Origin: Pseudothermotoga sp. | GTDB taxonomy: Bacteria; Thermotogota; Thermotogae; Thermotogales; DSM-5069 | Assembly: GCA_031962025.1 (NCBI GenBank) | Contig: JAVRKW010000001.1 | Length of the DNA stretch: 64,000 bases | Strand: one strand, 5' to 3' | Shown here: positions 60,146 to 64,000 of the stretch, in pieces | How the letters are laid out: the number at the start of each line of letters is the position of its first letter | How positions within the stretch are numbered: the first letter of the stretch is position 1 | Translations under genes and position numbers: made by a program | Notes under the pieces: model-generated | What the model was told of the DNA's origin: nothing | Seen by the model: the letters and a program-made list of their open reading frames with translations, nothing else | Databases searched by the model: none

Positions 60146-61768
60146 TTACTTTCTCTTTTCCGGGAATACTTTCATATCGTGTGCGTAAAGAGTGTAACCA
60201 AGTGGTAATGCGATTTTTTTACCCTGTTTCAGCCAGTCTGCAACAGGCCAGTAAACGTAGGATGCCTGATAGGCTCTTGTTTCCGCACGATCTATCAACC
60301 ATATAGTAGGACACAGATCAACCAGTTTTCTCTGAATAGCATAGTATTTCTCATATCGCTTTTGTGTATCAATTGTTGCCAAAGCATCCTCGATCATCGC
60401 GTCTATCTCTGGATCGAGCAACCATTCACATTGTTCCCACGTGCCGGTGGATTTTGAATGATAGCGTGTGGCCAGCATTCCACCGGCTTCCATGTAATGA
60501 GCTGCCACGAATATGATCGAGAGATGTGGCGTAGTTTCAATATTTTGAGCATCAGCTATCATTGAACCAAATGGTTTCTTTGTGATTTCAACTTTGATAC
60601 CCAGTTTTGCAAAATTTGCTTGCAGCATGAGTGCAATTTTTTCTTCCTCTGGGACTTCGGCACACCAGGACAAAGAGAGGGGATACTTATCAAGTTGTCC
60701 ATAATATTTGGATTTCTTAAGTTCTTCGCGTGCTTTGTCCAGGTTAAACTCAGCCGGTTGTAACGTCGGGTCATGGCCCGGTAAAGTTTGTGGCACAGGA
60801 CCACGTGGTACAAGGGAACCTGGAAAGATCTTTTCTGCAACTGTTTTATAATCAGTTGCATATGCTAATGCTCTCCTGAAATGAATGTCATCAGTAGGTG
60901 GTTTCCGCGTATGAATCATAACATTAAGGTTCATACCACCTGGTACGAAGCGTATTACCTCTACTCCAGGCATTTTTGCCATAGCTTCATAACTTTCCAT
61001 GGGTTGGATTTCGTCAGTTATCTCAAGCTCTTTCTTTGCAACCATAGTTCTTATGGTGACCGGGTCTGCGGTTGCCATTTCTTTGAAGTATTCTGGAGCA
61101 TTAGCTTCCCATCCACCCCACCAGTCTGCAAACTTCTTTGCCAGCACATATTCTTCCATCTTGACATCTACGACTGCGTATGGACCACTTCCCGCATCAT
61201 GTTCAAGTAACCACTTGCGACCGTAATCACCATATTCACCATATGGACCGGGTTGAATATGTTTCAGCACCTCATCTTTCTCTAGAATATATAATCTCAC
61301 AAGGATACTAAGGAATGGTCCACATGGTTTTTTCAGCTTAAACTGAACTGTGTAACGATCAAGGGCTTTCACATCTTCAATAAAGGGTTCAAACAGGTAA
61401 GCAAATCCTTCACCTATGGTCAACAATCTCTTGGTAGAAAAAACGACATCTTCAGCTGTCAGCTCATTGCCTGAATGGAATTTCACACCTTTTCTCAGGT
61501 GAAAAGTCCAGGTCAAACCATCTGCTGATACTTCCCAATCCGTTGCAAGATGCGGTCTGACAGTCCCATCTGGGTTGGGAAATACGAGACTATCGTATAG
61601 ATTGACAATAGCTATACAGTCTGAGAAATCGCTTCCAACAGCAGGATCGATATACGTTGGCCAATCTTCTGTTGTGCGTATGATGCTATCAGATTGGCCA
61701 AAACACGTGGCAGCCATTAATAGGAACACTAAGGACCCTACCGTAAACAGACATACCAGTTGTCTCAC
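60146..61768 (-). CDS. Family-5 ABC substrate-binding protein
   Basis: Signal peptide, IDPA, LATDWEVSADGLTWTFHLRKGVKFHSG, GSGPY. Confidence 0.92.
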   Translation of the reverse strand: MRQLVCLFTVGSLVFLLMAATCFGQSDSIIRTTEDWPTYIDPAVGSDFSDCIAIVNLYDSLVFPNPDGTVRPHLATDWEVSADGLTWTFHLRKGVKFHSGNELTAEDVVFSTKRLLTIGEGFAYLFEPFIEDVKALDRYTVQFKLKKPCGPFLSILVRLYILEKDEVLKHIQPGPYGEYGDYGRKWLLEHDAGSGPYAVVDVKMEEYVLAKKFADWWGGWEANAPEYFKEMATADPVTIRTMVAKKELEITDEIQPMESYEAMAKMPGVEVIRFVPGGMNLNVMIHTRKPPTDDIHFRRALAYATDYKTVAEKIFPGSLVPRGPVPQTLPGHDPTLQPAEFNLDKAREELKKSKYYGQLDKYPLSLSWCAEVPEEEKIALMLQANFAKLGIKVEITKKPFGSMIADAQNIETTPHLSIIFVAAHYMEAGGMLATRYHSKSTGTWEQCEWLLDPEIDAMIEDALATIDTQKRYEKYYAIQRKLVDLCPTIWLIDRAETRAYQASYVYWPVADWLKQGKKIALPLGYTLYAHDMKVFPEKRK

Positions 61769-61802
61769 CGCGATCCCTCCCTTTCAAAAAATATCCAGCG
61801 GA

Positions 61803-62942
61803 TCATCTTCCCCCTGTAACCAGATCGAATGGTTTGTAGTCGATGTTGAAACCAAAGTGTTTCGGGCCAAGAACCTCTAACCCTTTCTTGCTGAGAAATT
61901 CATTACGAGCTGGGACTCCGATAACTGCTACATTCATTCCTTCGTGAATATCGGGATTATACAACGGTTCACATTCAGGATGTGTAACTACTATCAACAT
62001 ATCGGGGCTAGTTACATAAGGTTTGTCATCCAGCCAACTTATGTGATTCTCGTTCTTGAACCATATTCTGAATTTGTGATTTCTGAAATGGTTGTTTCCA
62101 CTGATTTCATGATATCCCCAGTAATAACCATCTCTGTCTTCCCACTGTTTTTCCACGACCCTACCGGTAAAGAGTACCTTGCCTCTGAGTTTCTCCACGA
62201 GTTTTTCCAGAGGATCCCTACCTGAACTCCTCTCTTCCCTTATCAATCTTCCTACTTCCAGACACTCTGTTAGGGTCCCTCGAATCAATATTTTCTTCAT
62301 TTCGTCAACAGGCATCAGGTATCCAGCTTGACCGGCTACACCAAATGCTGCCGCTGATAAATACTTTCCGATGCGTTCTGCAACCATAGGATTGAGAGCC
62401 TTTTCAATGTAACATACATTTCCCCACTGATCCCACGATGCTATTGGGCATGGTTCTTTATCGTGTAAATATGGAGTAGTCTGAACGATTTCTGGAATAG
62501 CCCTTCCTGTGAAATCACCATCGACGACAACCAAATCGAGGTCTGCTGCTGCTGTAATAGCCGCAGGTGTGTTGGCACCTCCCAATTCGATTGGTACTAT
62601 GACAGAGATAGATGTACCTGTGTACTTCTCAAGTGCTTCAATCGCCTTTGTCAAGAGATTAACTGTAGCTTTTCTTTCTTGGTTTAAACCTAATTCCTTC
62701 ATCTGGTTGATAGCACTATCTGTAAGGGGAGCTATGGATCCCATGAGAAAAGGGCATGCGGCATATCCATTTGCTGGGATTTCATTCACATCAAGCCATC
62801 TAATCGAGCCTTTGGCAGTTAGTACTTGTTTCAGTAGTTGGATACCCTCAGCTGGTTTACCTCCACCACCAGTACCAAAAAAAGTACAACCACGAACAAA
62901 GTCCTCGATGTCCTCGAGAGTTTTTAGGGTTGTTGTTGACAA
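61803..62942 (-). CDS. DUF917-like protein
   Basis: FFGTGGGG, ELGGAN, VDGDFTGRAIPE, FKNEN, PDML motifs; TTG start behind AAAGGGGG. Confidence 0.8.
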   Translation of the reverse strand: MSTTTLKTLEDIEDFVRGCTFFGTGGGGKPAEGIQLLKQVLTAKGSIRWLDVNEIPANGYAACPFLMGSIAPLTDSAINQMKELGLNQERKATVNLLTKAIEALEKYTGTSISVIVPIELGGANTPAAITAAADLDLVVVDGDFTGRAIPEIVQTTPYLHDKEPCPIASWDQWGNVCYIEKALNPMVAERIGKYLSAAAFGVAGQAGYLMPVDEMKKILIRGTLTECLEVGRLIREERSSGRDPLEKLVEKLRGKVLFTGRVVEKQWEDRDGYYWGYHEISGNNHFRNHKFRIWFKNENHISWLDDKPYVTSPDMLIVVTHPECEPLYNPDIHEGMNVAVIGVPARNEFLSKKGLEVLGPKHFGFNIDYKPFDLVTGGR

Positions 62943-62974
62943 ATTATTCCCCCCTTTCCTGATGAGGTTAAAAC

Positions 62975-63739
62975 TCAAGACTCAGAAATGGGTTTAGCAC
63001 GATAGCCCAGTTTTTGAGAAATTTCATCCGCAACTATTTGCAATTTCAAAGCTATTTCACGTATGTCTTCTTCTGTGTGTGAAGGTAATAAAAGCACACT
63101 AATTGCAGCAACGATCTTGTTTGTATAATCAAAAACAGGAACCCCCAAACCTCTGACGCCTACTCTATGTTCGTGTTGATCAATAGAATATCCTCGAGAC
63201 CGAATCTCTTTAAGTTGGTTTCTGAGTTTTTCTGGATCCGTTACTGTGTAGGGCGTATATGGTTTAAGGTCAATACGTCTAATGTAATCATCGAGTTCGG
63301 CTTCCGGTAACCATGCTAGGATAACTTTGCCTAAAGCTGTTGGATATAAATCGAAAGCCTCGCCTATTCTTGAAATTGAAGGCATTGTCTTACTGCTTCC
63401 CACTTTTAAAATGCATACACCCATGTCCCCCTCTTTCACAGCCATATGAACTGTCAACTGAGCCTCCTCGCTGAACCTAAGAAGTATTGGATAAGCAATC
63501 TCATATAGTTCATTATTACTAAGCACTCTACTTGCCAGGTCTACTATTCTATACGATGCTTTGTATCTACCACTATGGGAATCTTTATAGATGTAACGTG
63601 TTTTCTCAAGCATCTTAAGGTAATAACATACATTCGGTCGCGATTCACCTGTTAATGAAGCCAGCTGCGAAACTGTGACTCCAGATTTCTCAGAACAAAT
63701 CAACTCTAATATTTGGATAGTCTTATGAACGCTACTCAT
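62975..63739 (-). CDS. IclR-family transcriptional regulator
   Basis: SVHKTIQIL HTH, TALGKVILA, RGYSIDQHE. Confidence 0.9.
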   Translation of the reverse strand: MSSVHKTIQILELICSEKSGVTVSQLASLTGESRPNVCYYLKMLEKTRYIYKDSHSGRYKASYRIVDLASRVLSNNELYEIAYPILLRFSEEAQLTVHMAVKEGDMGVCILKVGSSKTMPSISRIGEAFDLYPTALGKVILAWLPEAELDDYIRRIDLKPYTPYTVTDPEKLRNQLKEIRSRGYSIDQHEHRVGVRGLGVPVFDYTNKIVAAISVLLLPSHTEEDIREIALKLQIVADEISQKLGYRAKPISES

Positions 63740-64000
63740 AATCCACCCAATCTTTTGATTCAATATTATTTAATCAATTAAACTATATCTAAACCTCAAC
63801 TTGTTTATGTCATGCTCATCTTATTTTGTCAAGTTTTGTATATAACAAATAACAAGTAAAAACAGCTTTTGTACCTGGTTTTCAATAAAAATTCTTCTTT
63901 TTCTTAAAATATCTTTTAAAATAACCCTGTTTCTCTTTTTTTCTTTCAATTTCAAATATCATTACATAAACATTAACATATGACCTCTGTTCTCAGTTTT

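Noticed and set aside
1..64000. CRISPR arrays, rRNA, integrase, transposase or prophage genes, defence systems
   Set aside because: No regularly spaced repeats or such ORFs seen by eye; the Sir2 gene looks like housekeeping CobB with its zinc-binding motif.
63764..64000. AT-rich region upstream of the IclR gene with TTGACA (63832-63827, minus strand)
   Set aside because: No convincing -10 at the proper spacing and no clear operator palindrome; not called.

Overview
Bacterial chromosomal window. Gene content, gene order and strong GGAGG/GAGGTG ribosome-binding sites (RBS) suggest a thermophilic Thermotogota genome; this is my inference. Positions 1-48.8 kb are mostly core genes: rho-glk-mfd; a flagellar export/chemotaxis operon (cheA...fliA); cinA; eda; murD-ftsW-murG-murC; a double Opp/Dpp ABC cluster; an MCP; comF; a stand-alone PurH N-terminal domain; uraA with a PyrR-binding leader; kdgK plus an IclR regulator; cobB; pyrG; and tRNA-Val/tRNA-Phe. 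Directly after tRNA-Phe is a ~5.1 kb island (48987-54142), closed by a 12/13 copy of the tRNA 3' end. It holds a 520-aa TPR/HTH-like protein divergent from a 65-aa secreted peptide, an unannotated 41-aa Cys-rich RiPP-like precursor, an intact ABC exporter, remnants of a probable radical-SAM/SPASM gene and an ABC ATPase, an aldo/keto reductase pseudogene and IS200/IS605-like ends. This is my best candidate for an undescribed system: a peptide-signal-controlled RiPP module that has partly decayed. Positions 54.3-63.8 kb form an IclR-associated catabolic operon (DUF917-like enzyme, a third Opp/Dpp importer, a nitroreductase fusion, an M29/NicX-like metalloenzyme). Smaller oddities: fliQ appears to start with ACG, fliO possibly with ATA, and the tRNA-Phe trailer contains an antisense copy of its own anticodon arm. 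All family calls come from motif recognition by eye; no database searches were run.
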